Source: Bdellovibrionia bacterium (GTDB taxonomy: Bacteria; Bdellovibrionota; UBA1018). From it: DNA of 44,296 nt. Both the position numbers and the translations under genes were made by a program. A model generated the notes under the pieces. The model had not been told where the DNA came from. It did not search any database and saw nothing but the letters and a program-made list of their open reading frames with translations. Location of the stretch: assembly GCA_045805065.1 (NCBI GenBank), contig JBJMMA010000191.1, forward strand, positions 1 to 44,296, given 5' to 3'. Positions 1 to 9,376 of the stretch are shown here, in pieces (the first letter of the stretch is position 1; each line of letters begins with the position of its first letter).

Positions 1-1
1 C

Positions 2-103
2 CTCTACTTCATCGGCGAAGTCGTCGACGTCACAGGCTGGCTCGGGGGTTATAACTTCCAATGGGCATGGGCTTCGGGCTGGGCGGCCGGACAAGCTGTT
101 TAA
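2..103 (+). CDS. 3' end of HI0933/YhiN(BaiN)-family NAD(P)/FAD-dependent oxidoreductase (partial)
   Basis: Frame 2 reads LYFIGEVVDVTGWLGGYNFQWAWASGWAAGQAV*, the typical C-terminal motif of this family; stop TAA 101-103. Confidence 0.9.
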   Translation, partial: LYFIGEVVDVTGWLGGYNFQWAWASGWAAGQAV

Positions 104-181
104 AGCCAGGCGCAGACAAAACACACGTAGCCAAAACAGCGGTTTTGCTATAGGGATAACTCAGATTTTGGGGCCCTATCG

Positions 182-2194
182 ATGTTTTCAAGTTTGCTCA
201 GACTCTGCGTTTTATACTTCGTTAGTTTAGTCATTTTAAGCCATGCCTTTGCAAATGGGCTTGCCGACGGGCTTTACGAAGTGACGGGCACGCATTCCGT
301 TCTGGGCGACTACTCAGGCCAGGTCTCCGTACATGGCTCCTCTGCTGAAAGACTCATTCACTGGAAGCACTATGCTCCAAAGCTGGCTAACGCCCCAGAA
401 GAGCTTGAAACGGTTTGGACGGGCAGCGTAAGCGGTGATCAGCTTCACTTCTCCTTGAATTTGTCGAACGTTCTGACGAGCTATGAAAGTTATCAACCGT
501 CGACGGAAGAGCTTCAGCGAACTCTTCCGGTGTCGCTTCATGTGCCAAGCGAAACCGCTCCTGTCGAGTTCGCGGTATCTGGCGAGGGAACTTACAAAGA
601 GACTTGGAAGCGCTTCGGAGATGCCCCACTTGTCCCGCTTTGGAAAAGTGGCCGCCACATCGTGGACGCTACTGGCACAGATGAGCCATGGATCGCGAAA
701 CTCATGGCCTGGCTTGGTGTACGGAAAGCCGTGGAATGGTACCGCTCGCAGCCACAGATTGCTCCCTATGCGAACCGTCCAGAGTTTCGTGATGAAAAGC
801 AGTATTACATTTTAGACTCAACGGATCAGGACTTTTACAGATCCCATCCTGAGAGTTTGCGTATTCCCAACCACACGGTCAACCCGCTGTCTTTGGCCGA
901 AGCCTTGATGAAGCGCAATGCGTTTGCTCCAGCCTTGTCATGGAAGGCAGATTTTTTCCGCAATCAGATGGTTCAGAACCATTTGAACTCGGCAGGCCTG
1001 ATCGAACTCGTTGAGCTCAATGAGCGGGGCGAGAAAACCGGACGTGCGCCCGATTATGATTCGGCACTCTGGACAGCGATGTTTGGTTACGCAGAGCTAC
1101 TCAAATACCAAGTGACCCAAGCCCCGGAATCTTTGCAAACGTTTCGCAAGATCCTGGACGGAACTCTCACGCTTGTTGAGATTTCCGGAAATAAAAAAGA
1201 TTTTGCCAGAGCGATTGCCATCTCTTCGCCCGAAGAAAACTTGGGTCCCGGCTGGTCCCAAGGCACCGGCAGGTACGCTCACCTGAAATGGCGCAGCGGC
1301 GGAAACAATGACATGATCAAGGGAGTGATTCTCACCTTGATCCTGGCTCATCGTGTGATTGGGCCAGAGGAAAGAGAATTGCGATCGCGGATCTTAAACG
1401 CAAGCCGGTCCCTTTTCTCAACCGATGCTGCTCACTATAATTCACTCAACACCGGACTGATCAACGGGTTAATTGCTCTTTGGAGTCATGATGAAAGCAA
1501 GATCGAACAGGTGTTTCCTTATTTCATCAACCTCCTGAGCGTTCTTGGCGAGAAAGTCGCCAAGAACGGAAGCATCTATTACAAAGGGATCGCAGACTGG
1601 TCCGGCATCCATCTAACGATGGTCTCAGCCATTGACCAGATCTTGCTGGCTCAAGAGCTTCAAAACCAGTATCCGAACTCCGATTACAGCCGCGAGATTG
1701 CTGAAATCCTCAAGGATGGCAAGTATCAGCTGCTTCAAGCGCATCACGCTTATCGAATCCTCCATCGCGATTTTTTAAGCATCTTTACCTATCTGCTTGC
1801 CTCAGACGCATCCAATCATGTTGCGCTGAGGGCGGATGCTCTGGAAGCCTTGGAATCGTTGCGGGAGCTTCCTGCACCACGCTTTATCGGAAGCGGAACG
1901 GTTGATCTCACCAAGAACGCCCAGTGGAGCTACTCCGCATGGCCGCGAGTTCCATGGAAAGCGCTTCGGGGAATCAGAAAACTCAAGTCATCGCTGGATT
2001 TTGAGCTCTTTGAGCAAGGTGTTTATTCTTATCCTGTGTATGAGACCCAGACCTGGTCAACGCAGTATCTCTGGAAAGAGTCACCATTCGGGATCAAGTT
2101 CACTTCCAATCCAAAGAGACAGCCTTTTTCTTCTGATTATCTTGTCGTCTATTGGGCTGCGCGAGCTTCAAATCTCCTCTCCTCCGGGGACTAA
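182..2194 (+). CDS. Secreted hypothetical protein, probable C-terminal alpha-helical toroid domain
   Basis: 670 aa ORF; signal peptide ending AFA; helical region with DSALWTAMF..E..KYQVT, FARAI and WRSGGNNDMIKG motifs. Confidence 0.7.
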   Translation: MFSSLLRLCVLYFVSLVILSHAFANGLADGLYEVTGTHSVLGDYSGQVSVHGSSAERLIHWKHYAPKLANAPEELETVWTGSVSGDQLHFSLNLSNVLTSYESYQPSTEELQRTLPVSLHVPSETAPVEFAVSGEGTYKETWKRFGDAPLVPLWKSGRHIVDATGTDEPWIAKLMAWLGVRKAVEWYRSQPQIAPYANRPEFRDEKQYYILDSTDQDFYRSHPESLRIPNHTVNPLSLAEALMKRNAFAPALSWKADFFRNQMVQNHLNSAGLIELVELNERGEKTGRAPDYDSALWTAMFGYAELLKYQVTQAPESLQTFRKILDGTLTLVEISGNKKDFARAIAISSPEENLGPGWSQGTGRYAHLKWRSGGNNDMIKGVILTLILAHRVIGPEERELRSRILNASRSLFSTDAAHYNSLNTGLINGLIALWSHDESKIEQVFPYFINLLSVLGEKVAKNGSIYYKGIADWSGIHLTMVSAIDQILLAQELQNQYPNSDYSREIAEILKDGKYQLLQAHHAYRILHRDFLSIFTYLLASDASNHVALRADALEALESLRELPAPRFIGSGTVDLTKNAQWSYSAWPRVPWKALRGIRKLKSSLDFELFEQGVYSYPVYETQTWSTQYLWKESPFGIKFTSNPKRQPFSSDYLVVYWAARASNLLSSGD

Positions 2195-2198
2195 GGAA

Positions 2199-3506
2199 AT
2201 GAAGGCTGCATTTTCCCGCTTTCTTCACACCGGCGTTGATGACGGAACGCCTTCGCACCTGATCGATCGAATCGTCTACAGCAACTGGATCTACGCGATT
2301 GGGACTTTAATCAACCTGATGGGCGCGCAGGCCAATTTCTCTCAGGGGTATTACTTTCTACTGAGCTGGAATGGAATCTATCAGCTCACGATCCTGGTCT
2401 GCTGGCTTCTGAACAGAAAGAAATTCTACCTCGTGGGAAGGGTCATGTTCATCGCCACATTTGTGGCAGGAATCTGCACCACAAGCGCGGCAGTAGGTCG
2501 CGGCATCCAGATGGAGCACTTCCTTTTAGCAACCGCAGCGCTTTCCTTCACACTTTTTCATCCCACGGAGCGGCGCTGGGCCTGGCTTTTTGGCAGCGTC
2601 TCAATTCTCGCTTTTTTCTATTTCATCCATCAGCCGGCTCCCATTTTCCAAGTCACTCTTCAGCCCTGGCAGTATCGTATCGAGGATCTTCGCGCTAATC
2701 AGTACATGTACGCTCTTCTCATTATTTGCTCACTCATCGCGCTTTCGAACGCCTATGCTCGGGCAACAAAACTCGCTGACGAACAACGCGTGAAGCTGTT
2801 TGAATCCAACAAAATGGCGGCACTGGGACAAATGGCCAGCGGTGTCGCTCATGAAATCAACAATCCGGTTACGGCCATACGAACCACTGTGGAGCTCATG
2901 TCCCGCCAGCTGAATTCCGAGGGGATACGGCGTGATGATTTGCGGCGATCGCTGAACAGACTTCAGGATGTCACTTATCGCATCGTTCGCATTGTAGACG
3001 GGATGCAAGGTTTCGCAAGGGGCGGAAATCATCTGCCATTCGTACTGACACCTGTGAACCAGATCATTGATGAGACGTTGGGGCTTTGTCAGGAGCGATT
3101 TCTCTCCCTTGGCGTTCAGTTCTGGGTCACAAAATCATCCAACGATGCAACCGTGGAGTGCCGTCCGGTTCAGATCACGCAAGCTTTGCTGAATTTATTG
3201 AACAATGCTTGTGATGCCATCGAACCGCATCAGGAGAAGTGGATCAAGATCAGCGTTCATGAGATAGCTGCTGACGTGACAATTCACGTCACGAACAGCG
3301 GTGGGCGAATCCCGCGTGAGCACCTTGGAAGCCTGTTTCAACCCTTTTTCACGACCAAAGAAATAGGTCGCGGAACTGGACTGGGCCTTGCGGTTTCACT
3401 TGCGATGCTGAAAGAACACGGGGGCTCCATTCATCTGGATGCCGACGCGCCCAACACTACTTTTGTCATCACTTTGCCAAAGCAGCGCCCAAGGACTCGG
3501 GCGTAA
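2199..3506 (+). CDS. Membrane sensor histidine kinase (NtrB-like HisKA + HATPase_c)
   Basis: ATG 2199 after AAGGA, 4 nt past the upstream stop; multi-TM N-terminus; AHEINNP, NLLNNACDA, FQPFFTTK, GTGLGL. Confidence 0.9.
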   Translation: MKAAFSRFLHTGVDDGTPSHLIDRIVYSNWIYAIGTLINLMGAQANFSQGYYFLLSWNGIYQLTILVCWLLNRKKFYLVGRVMFIATFVAGICTTSAAVGRGIQMEHFLLATAALSFTLFHPTERRWAWLFGSVSILAFFYFIHQPAPIFQVTLQPWQYRIEDLRANQYMYALLIICSLIALSNAYARATKLADEQRVKLFESNKMAALGQMASGVAHEINNPVTAIRTTVELMSRQLNSEGIRRDDLRRSLNRLQDVTYRIVRIVDGMQGFARGGNHLPFVLTPVNQIIDETLGLCQERFLSLGVQFWVTKSSNDATVECRPVQITQALLNLLNNACDAIEPHQEKWIKISVHEIAADVTIHVTNSGGRIPREHLGSLFQPFFTTKEIGRGTGLGLAVSLAMLKEHGGSIHLDADAPNTTFVITLPKQRPRTRA

Positions 3507-3588
3507 TCACAGAGCTCTGAAGACTCTCAATCAGCTTTATTTATAGTGAATGAGAATTCAAAAACCGCTTCCTGCCCATCTCCATCCG

Positions 3589-3604
3589 TGGCATACCACC
3601 TGCC
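3589..3604 (+). promoter_or_regulatory. Putative sigma54 -24/-12 promoter
   Basis: TGGCATACCACCTGCC (GG-N10-GC) just upstream of ATG 3617. Confidence 0.5.
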
Positions 3605-3616
3605 GATCTTACGAAT

Positions 3617-4987
3617 ATGACCACGAGAATATCAACCCTACAAATCACCTCTAAGGCCCCGCCTCGACTCCAAGTCTACACTCGTTTGGTGGGCAAGCTG
3701 ATTTCGCGCTTTTTAAACACCGGGATTTACGATGATACATCGCCTATCCTCTCGGACCGAATTGTTTACAGCAACTGGCTCTGTGTCATCGGTACGTGCG
3801 TAAATGTCACCGCCTTTGTCATCAACACCATCGAGGGCGATCTGCTTTGCGCGTTTTTGAACTGCGTTTACCAGATAGGTATATTGATCTGCTTTCTCAT
3901 GAACCGCAGGAAGTCATACCTCATGGGAAGGCTGATCTTACTGTTCCCTCTTTATATCGGCATCTTCCTGACGAGCGCCGTTCAGGGCCCAGTGATTCAG
4001 ATGGAGCACTATTTCCTGGCTATTGCGGCTCTTGCCTTCACGGTTTTTCATCCATCGGAACGTCGCTGGGCCTGGCTCTTAGGGATAATGTCTGCCGTCG
4101 CGTACTTTGTTCTGGTCAATCGCACGGAGCCTCTCATCCATCTGCCCGAATTGATCGTCCCACACTCACCGGTAGACCTGAAGATCAATCAATGCCTTTA
4201 TATTTTGCTTTATATTCCGTCTTTGATCGCGCTCTCAAACGCTTACGCTCGAGCAACGGAGATGGCTGATAAACAAAGAGCAGAGCTTTACGAGTCAAAT
4301 AAGCTCGCAGCACTCGGACAGATGGCAGGAGGAGTTGCTCACGAGATCATCAATCCTCTTGCGATTATCGACGCTCTCACTCAAAAGGTGAACTTTCTTG
4401 CGCAAGCTCAGGAAATCGATCGCAAGGCTGTACTTACCACAGCGGAACAGCTGCAGAGCACCACTCATCGGATCGTCAGTATCGTGCGAGGGCTCCAGGT
4501 CTTGTCTCGAAACGGAAAGATGCAGCCACTCGAGAGTACATCCATCATTCAAGTGGTTGAAGACACCCTCGCGTTCTGCCACGAGCGTTTCAAGAATCTC
4601 AGCATCGAGCTCCACTTCACCAAGCCCCCTCATGACCTGGTTTTCAAATGTCGTGTCGTGCAACTTTCACAAGCGCTATTGAATCTTCTGATCAACGCAT
4701 GCGACGCCGTTCAAACCCAGGAAACTAGTTGGATTCATGTGAGCATTCAGGAGACTTCTGAGGAGGTTCTCGTCTCAGTTCGCAACAGCGGTGAAAAGAT
4801 CCCTAAACACGTTCAAGAAAAGCTTTTTCAACCCTTTTTCACAACCAAGGACATCGGCCGGGGAACCGGCCTTGGCCTGTCAATCTCACTTGCCATGATG
4901 AAACAAAATGGCGGAACAATTCGATTGGATCCAACCGATCCTCACACGAACTTTGTCATTTCTCTTCCGAAAACTCAGGCTTGCTGA
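3617..4987 (+). CDS. Membrane sensor histidine kinase, tandem paralog of 2199..3506
   Basis: AHEIINP, NLLINACDA, FQPFFTTK, GTGLGL; shares DRIVYSNW, IQMEH and FHP.ERRWAWL with the neighbour. Confidence 0.9.
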   Translation: MTTRISTLQITSKAPPRLQVYTRLVGKLISRFLNTGIYDDTSPILSDRIVYSNWLCVIGTCVNVTAFVINTIEGDLLCAFLNCVYQIGILICFLMNRRKSYLMGRLILLFPLYIGIFLTSAVQGPVIQMEHYFLAIAALAFTVFHPSERRWAWLLGIMSAVAYFVLVNRTEPLIHLPELIVPHSPVDLKINQCLYILLYIPSLIALSNAYARATEMADKQRAELYESNKLAALGQMAGGVAHEIINPLAIIDALTQKVNFLAQAQEIDRKAVLTTAEQLQSTTHRIVSIVRGLQVLSRNGKMQPLESTSIIQVVEDTLAFCHERFKNLSIELHFTKPPHDLVFKCRVVQLSQALLNLLINACDAVQTQETSWIHVSIQETSEEVLVSVRNSGEKIPKHVQEKLFQPFFTTKDIGRGTGLGLSISLAMMKQNGGTIRLDPTDPHTNFVISLPKTQAC

Positions 4988-5040
4988 GCACGTACTAAAT
5001 ACCCTTTATATATAGAAACTTTGGCATTCAATCCTCGCGA

Positions 5041-5070
5041 TGATTACAACTTGTAACCACGTGATTACAA
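5041..5070. promoter_or_regulatory. Candidate operator: three TGATTACAA-type half-sites (forward, reverse, forward)
   Basis: TGATTACAA-C-TTGTAACCA-CG-TGATTACAA, 5 bp upstream of a -35 box. Confidence 0.65.
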
Positions 5071-5075
5071 ACATA

Positions 5076-5104
5076 TTGACACACATCGTCTTCTTTCCTA
5101 TAAC
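5076..5104 (+). promoter_or_regulatory. sigma70-type promoter of the TIGR02147 operon
   Basis: TTGACA-N17-TATAAC. Confidence 0.75.
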
Positions 5105-5146
5105 GGCGCTCGCTTACGGAATAATGGGGTATCGGGATCCCGGGAT

Positions 5147-6067
5147 ATGATGACAAGTGTTTACAGCTACCAGAGTTCACGCCAGTTTCTGCTGGATCAG
5201 GTCAATCGCTGGCAGAATGCCTCGGGCGGTGATTCGATCCGAAATCTGGCCAAGCGGATGAAGATTTCGCACACCCTTCTAGTGATGTTGATCCAAGGGA
5301 AGCGTCCCTTACGTGTGAAGCATGCGCCGGCTCTCGCTTTGGGATTTGGATTGAGCGCTTCAGAGCGTATTTATCTTCAGGCATTGATCCAGTCCGAGAG
5401 CGCAAAAGATGTCGAAGAAAAGCAGCTCTGCCAGCTCTGGCTCTCAGAACTTCACCCTGCGCGCTCTCAAGTGAACACTCGCCTTCTGGACGAGTTTGAG
5501 CTTGTCTCGAACTGGGTCCATATGGCGATTCTTTCGATCTGCGAGATCAAAGACTTTGATCCAAGGCCAGAAGCGATTGCTGCGCGCCTCGGCGGCCGCG
5601 TGACGTCCGTCGAAGTCCGAAGCGCCCTTGAGCGGCTCAAAAGCCTTGGATTGATCCGCTTCGAGAAAGAGGGGCGCTTTGTCCCGACTCAATCTCAAGT
5701 CACGACTCAAGATGACGTCGCCAGCCAAGGCGTCAGAAACTATTACAAACAAGTCTCAGATTTAGCCAAGGAAGCAGTGGAGCGACAAACCGTCGAGCAA
5801 CGCGAGTTTCAGGGATTCGCCTTTGCGGTGGCACGCCACAAGATCCCTCTTGCCAAGGAAATGATCCGCAAGTTTCGCGCTCAGTTCCTCAAAGCAATGG
5901 AATCAGACGTCCCTGAAAACGGCTATGACGACGTCTATCAGATGAATATTCAGATGTTTCAACTTACGGAGAGCCCAGTTCGCCAAAAGCGCACCGAGGA
6001 CGAAGGCGTTGATGAAAATAAAACAAGAACGAAAAAGACGGAGAAGTACAATGTCTATTCAAACTAA
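5147..6067 (+). CDS. TIGR02147 family (HTH + DUF4423) putative transcriptional regulator
   Basis: N-terminal HTH (SIRNLAKRMKISHTLLVMLIQGKRPL), W.H.AIL motif, AKEMIRKFR and VYQMNIQMFQL C-terminal motifs. Confidence 0.85.
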   Translation: MMTSVYSYQSSRQFLLDQVNRWQNASGGDSIRNLAKRMKISHTLLVMLIQGKRPLRVKHAPALALGFGLSASERIYLQALIQSESAKDVEEKQLCQLWLSELHPARSQVNTRLLDEFELVSNWVHMAILSICEIKDFDPRPEAIAARLGGRVTSVEVRSALERLKSLGLIRFEKEGRFVPTQSQVTTQDDVASQGVRNYYKQVSDLAKEAVERQTVEQREFQGFAFAVARHKIPLAKEMIRKFRAQFLKAMESDVPENGYDDVYQMNIQMFQLTESPVRQKRTEDEGVDENKTRTKKTEKYNVYSN

Positions 6068-6977
6068 AACGAAAACTCTTGGAATTTATTCCATCACCTC
6101 AGCGCTTTTGATTGCCGCTGCACTCGCCTCGCCTGCTTACGCAAGCAAGGGTGGAAACGGTCCAGGCAATGGGACGGATGATTACGCAAACTCACTTGCT
6201 CTCAAAAAGCTGATGGATAATCGCGATGGATTGACCATCGAAGAGAAACTTTATGATCTTTGGGTCAGAGCTGAGGGGTCCGTTCTGGATATCAACAACC
6301 CGGACAATCTTTACACTTGGTTTGGCCTGAACGTTGCCAACTTGGGCGATCCTACCCCTCCGGATTATAGTGGAACAAAAAAGGCCAAGAGCAAGTACCA
6401 GAAGGAACTTCTGATCTTTAAGAGTTTTCCAGCACTCATGGCTGGGGAATTTGAGATCAAGCCTTCTCAAACCTTTGCTTACAACCTGAGCACGGGCAAC
6501 TATAACGGTGATATGAATCCACGTCACACAGAAATGGGAAATATTGGAACAAACATTTATCTGTATGGGGACGATTACCCTTATGAGGGACGTGAAGACG
6601 TCAATAAGAACAGTTCCAACTGGGATACGATTAAGCCTGTCAAGGTCCTGGACTCTGGAGTTTTAGTGAGCGTTACCGATAACTATCGCGACAAATTTGC
6701 TCCCGTGGAATACCGTCAAATCGATGCGAACACTTTGGTCGGCGTCCGAAAGGTACGGACAGAACCAAAAGACGTGAAGCCATGTCCAGACGCACGCGAA
6801 GTCAAGAAGACCGTCAAAGTGATGGTTGGCGTCAAGGTGGACGGCTTTTTTGGACCACGCACTGTCCAACAAGAAAGTACGCATGAAGTCCTTGATCACT
6901 GGGAGCTTGCAAAAGACTACGGCGTGCCGGGCATTTGCGAAATCCATTACCTCTTCAAAACCAAAGATCATCTCTAA
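6051..6977 (+). CDS. Secreted hypothetical protein
   Basis: ATG 6051 with GGAG RBS; signal peptide ending AYA followed by SKGGNGPGNG; overlaps the regulator stop. Confidence 0.75.
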   Translation: MSIQTKTKTLGIYSITSALLIAAALASPAYASKGGNGPGNGTDDYANSLALKKLMDNRDGLTIEEKLYDLWVRAEGSVLDINNPDNLYTWFGLNVANLGDPTPPDYSGTKKAKSKYQKELLIFKSFPALMAGEFEIKPSQTFAYNLSTGNYNGDMNPRHTEMGNIGTNIYLYGDDYPYEGREDVNKNSSNWDTIKPVKVLDSGVLVSVTDNYRDKFAPVEYRQIDANTLVGVRKVRTEPKDVKPCPDAREVKKTVKVMVGVKVDGFFGPRTVQQESTHEVLDHWELAKDYGVPGICEIHYLFKTKDHL

Positions 6978-6986
6978 AGAGGTTTC

Positions 6987-7940
6987 GTGAAAAAGCTGGT
7001 ACTTCTTGCCTTAGCTTTATTGATTCTTCCGCGCCCGGGCTTTTCAGCTCCGGCGCGGATGTTTCAATTTCAAAACAAGGACAAGTTGAACTTCAGTCTC
7101 GAAGCCAGCGAATGGGAGCGACTCTCGAGCAAAGTTTATAGCTTTGTGAGCTCGTATATTCCTGACCCGCGTCCACAAGAACCCATCGAGATCGTCTTTG
7201 ATCCCGAGCTCGATTGCGCGGGCTTTAGCTCAAGATCCGCGGAAAACCATCGGCAGGTGCGGATTAACACAAAGATCAGATCACAGCTCGATTACCAGGT
7301 CATCCTGGCTCATGAGCTCACCCATGTGCTCAGGCATATGCACCAGCCCAATGAAACGTATTGGTTGGACGAGGGTCTAGCCAAGTGGATGGAGTGGAAA
7401 TACATTGGTGAGTTTCCAAAGCAGATGGTTACGACTCTGAACTCTAGCTCTGTTGTACGGCTCCTCGATGAGCCACTCAACTGTGGAGAGTCGGGAGGAT
7501 CGGATTACGCGAGTTCATATTTTTTTGTTCTCTACCTGAGGAACCATTTAGGCGGAGACGCGTTTATTCAGCTGATCGGAACATCCAAAGATCAAGGCTG
7601 GGATAATATTGAGCGCTCCGCCCAAGCTTTAAAATCCATCGGTGTGATCTCAGTTGATCAGCAACTACTGAATCGACAAAGTCTTCTAGAGCACTTTGCG
7701 TTTGCCCTGGCTTTCAACAATCCTTTTATAGCCGACTACGCGCTTTTTCTGCTCGATCTGAAATATAGCCCAACCCAACAGCAAGTCCTCCACTTCCAAG
7801 CAGCCGTTCCAGAGTCAGCATCCAGTTGCTCGAACTTTGAATTCGAAATCTCGACAAGCCAACAGCCTTTCATCCGAAAGATCGAAAGTCTTCCTCGAAG
7901 CCCAATTCAAGGCTATCGATACATCCAAGTCTGTTTGTAA
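6987..7940 (+). CDS. Secreted zincin-like metallopeptidase (HExxH...E)
   Basis: Signal peptide; AHELTHVLRH followed by WLDEGLA and DYASSY (gluzincin pattern). Confidence 0.75.
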   Translation: MKKLVLLALALLILPRPGFSAPARMFQFQNKDKLNFSLEASEWERLSSKVYSFVSSYIPDPRPQEPIEIVFDPELDCAGFSSRSAENHRQVRINTKIRSQLDYQVILAHELTHVLRHMHQPNETYWLDEGLAKWMEWKYIGEFPKQMVTTLNSSSVVRLLDEPLNCGESGGSDYASSYFFVLYLRNHLGGDAFIQLIGTSKDQGWDNIERSAQALKSIGVISVDQQLLNRQSLLEHFAFALAFNNPFIADYALFLLDLKYSPTQQQVLHFQAAVPESASSCSNFEFEISTSQQPFIRKIESLPRSPIQGYRYIQVCL

Positions 7941-7959
7941 TAGCCGCTCAGCGGTTACA

Positions 7960-7975
7960 TGGCGCAGCGATTGCT
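7960..7975 (+). promoter_or_regulatory. sigma54 -24/-12 promoter
   Basis: TGGCGCAGCGATTGCT, near consensus TGGCAC-N5-TTGCW. Confidence 0.7.
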
Positions 7976-8000
7976 CCCTCCTCCACTGAGGAGCAATTGA

Positions 8001-8207
8001 ATGCAGAGATCAAATATGATGGCGAGCGTGTTTTGGGTATTACTCACAGTGGGTTTAATCGCTCATGCTCGTTCCCAAGCAACGAACTCCTCGATTAGTT
8101 CTAGTGAAAGCTCTGACGGGGGTTTCGTCAATGGCTCGATGGGCAGCTCTACGGACTCAATGAACGCCCAAAGAGGCATTTCAGGCGCAAGGACGTCAGG
8201 GCCCTAA
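8001..8207 (+). CDS. Small secreted Ser/Gly-rich protein
   Basis: GAGGAG RBS, upstream sigma54 site, signal peptide ending AHA, low-complexity mature part. Confidence 0.6.
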   Translation: MQRSNMMASVFWVLLTVGLIAHARSQATNSSISSSESSDGGFVNGSMGSSTDSMNAQRGISGARTSGP

Positions 8208-9352
8208 GCCCGTGCCATGAAAATATGTACGGAATAGATTTCAAGCTGTCTGAGATGCTTGAAGAAGAGCCAAGGCAGATGCTCGACCTTCTGGCTCATG
8301 GTAAATCCAGCCTGTGTATAAAGCCATTCGACAGCCTGGGCCGAGTCCCGGATCGTGGCAGGAATGCGCTCTCTGAGGTCGCGGGCGACCTGCTCATGCC
8401 AGATATAAGGGCAGCTCTGGATCGCAATCCCGCCCTTTTTCAACAACTTATATTGAAGCTCAGGCAGGAGTGCAGGCTCCGGCATCATATCGATCGCGTT
8501 CAGCGCAATCGTGACATCTGCCTGGCCGATCTGAACAGGAAAGCTTTCAATCTCGCCGACGATGAAATCCGCACTGCCATTGAGTGCGTTCTCAATCGGA
8601 ATATCCACTTCGCGAGACACGGGGCCTTGAAGAAGATCACCAGGAACCCGGACCTTTCGCCCATAAGGCGCGCCAAGCGCTAAATGCCTCGCTAAAGCGA
8701 CGCTCGCAAAGGAGCTGTCGATCCCCAGGTAGGATCCAATCTTCGCTTTTAAAAGCGGATAAATCCCTCCAACACCCGATCCAAGCTCAATGACCGAAGC
8801 CTTGGGTTTCTCGGAGGCGACCGAATTGAACCACTGGCTAATTTGAGAGAAAGGCCCCCGGTCCCAATGCTCACGAATCAATGATTCAATGAGCGGACTG
8901 ACTGTGCCACCTTGTTCTGGCTTAAGCCATGCGGGTGTACCCTGAGAGCCATCGCCTACGCGGAGGTAATGGTTCATCAGGTAAAGCGAAACAACACGCT
9001 CTGCCTCAAGATCCTCTTCGATATGCTCGGCCTCAATCTCGCTTTTTGCGTCGATGAAGTCCTCGCGATACTCAACCGGAATCTCGTCCTCGCTGACGAG
9101 TTGAGAAATACCTTTAACGTGATGGAGGATATACGAAGCCACATCACTAGTCAGAACGGCAACGCCTGCCAGGATCGGATAACGGGTTTGGCAGTTTTGG
9201 CAAAAGAGTGTGCCCGAAGCGATTTCTTGCGCAGCTCCGCTGAAAGCCTGAGGAGCGCCGCCTTTTCCTAAAAGCGCGACCTCACCCTGACAGATTTCGC
9301 CTTCAGAAATAAAAGAGGGACAGCGCAATTTAGAGATTGTTGTACTCAGCAT
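8204..9352 (-). CDS. Class I SAM-dependent methyltransferase with Trm112-like N-terminal Cys knuckle
   Basis: LRCP...LFCQNCQTRYPILAGV; IELGSGVGG motif I; GIDSSF; LLKKGG. Confidence 0.75.
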   Translation of the reverse strand: MLSTTISKLRCPSFISEGEICQGEVALLGKGGAPQAFSGAAQEIASGTLFCQNCQTRYPILAGVAVLTSDVASYILHHVKGISQLVSEDEIPVEYREDFIDAKSEIEAEHIEEDLEAERVVSLYLMNHYLRVGDGSQGTPAWLKPEQGGTVSPLIESLIREHWDRGPFSQISQWFNSVASEKPKASVIELGSGVGGIYPLLKAKIGSYLGIDSSFASVALARHLALGAPYGRKVRVPGDLLQGPVSREVDIPIENALNGSADFIVGEIESFPVQIGQADVTIALNAIDMMPEPALLPELQYKLLKKGGIAIQSCPYIWHEQVARDLRERIPATIRDSAQAVEWLYTQAGFTMSQKVEHLPWLFFKHLRQLEIYSVHIFMARA

Positions 9353-9376
9353 GCGCCGTCCCTTCTCTTAAAAGAC

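Noticed and set aside
1836..2198. N-terminal extension of the kinase ORF
   Set aside because: Overlaps the upstream gene; ATG 2199 has an RBS and aligns with the paralog.
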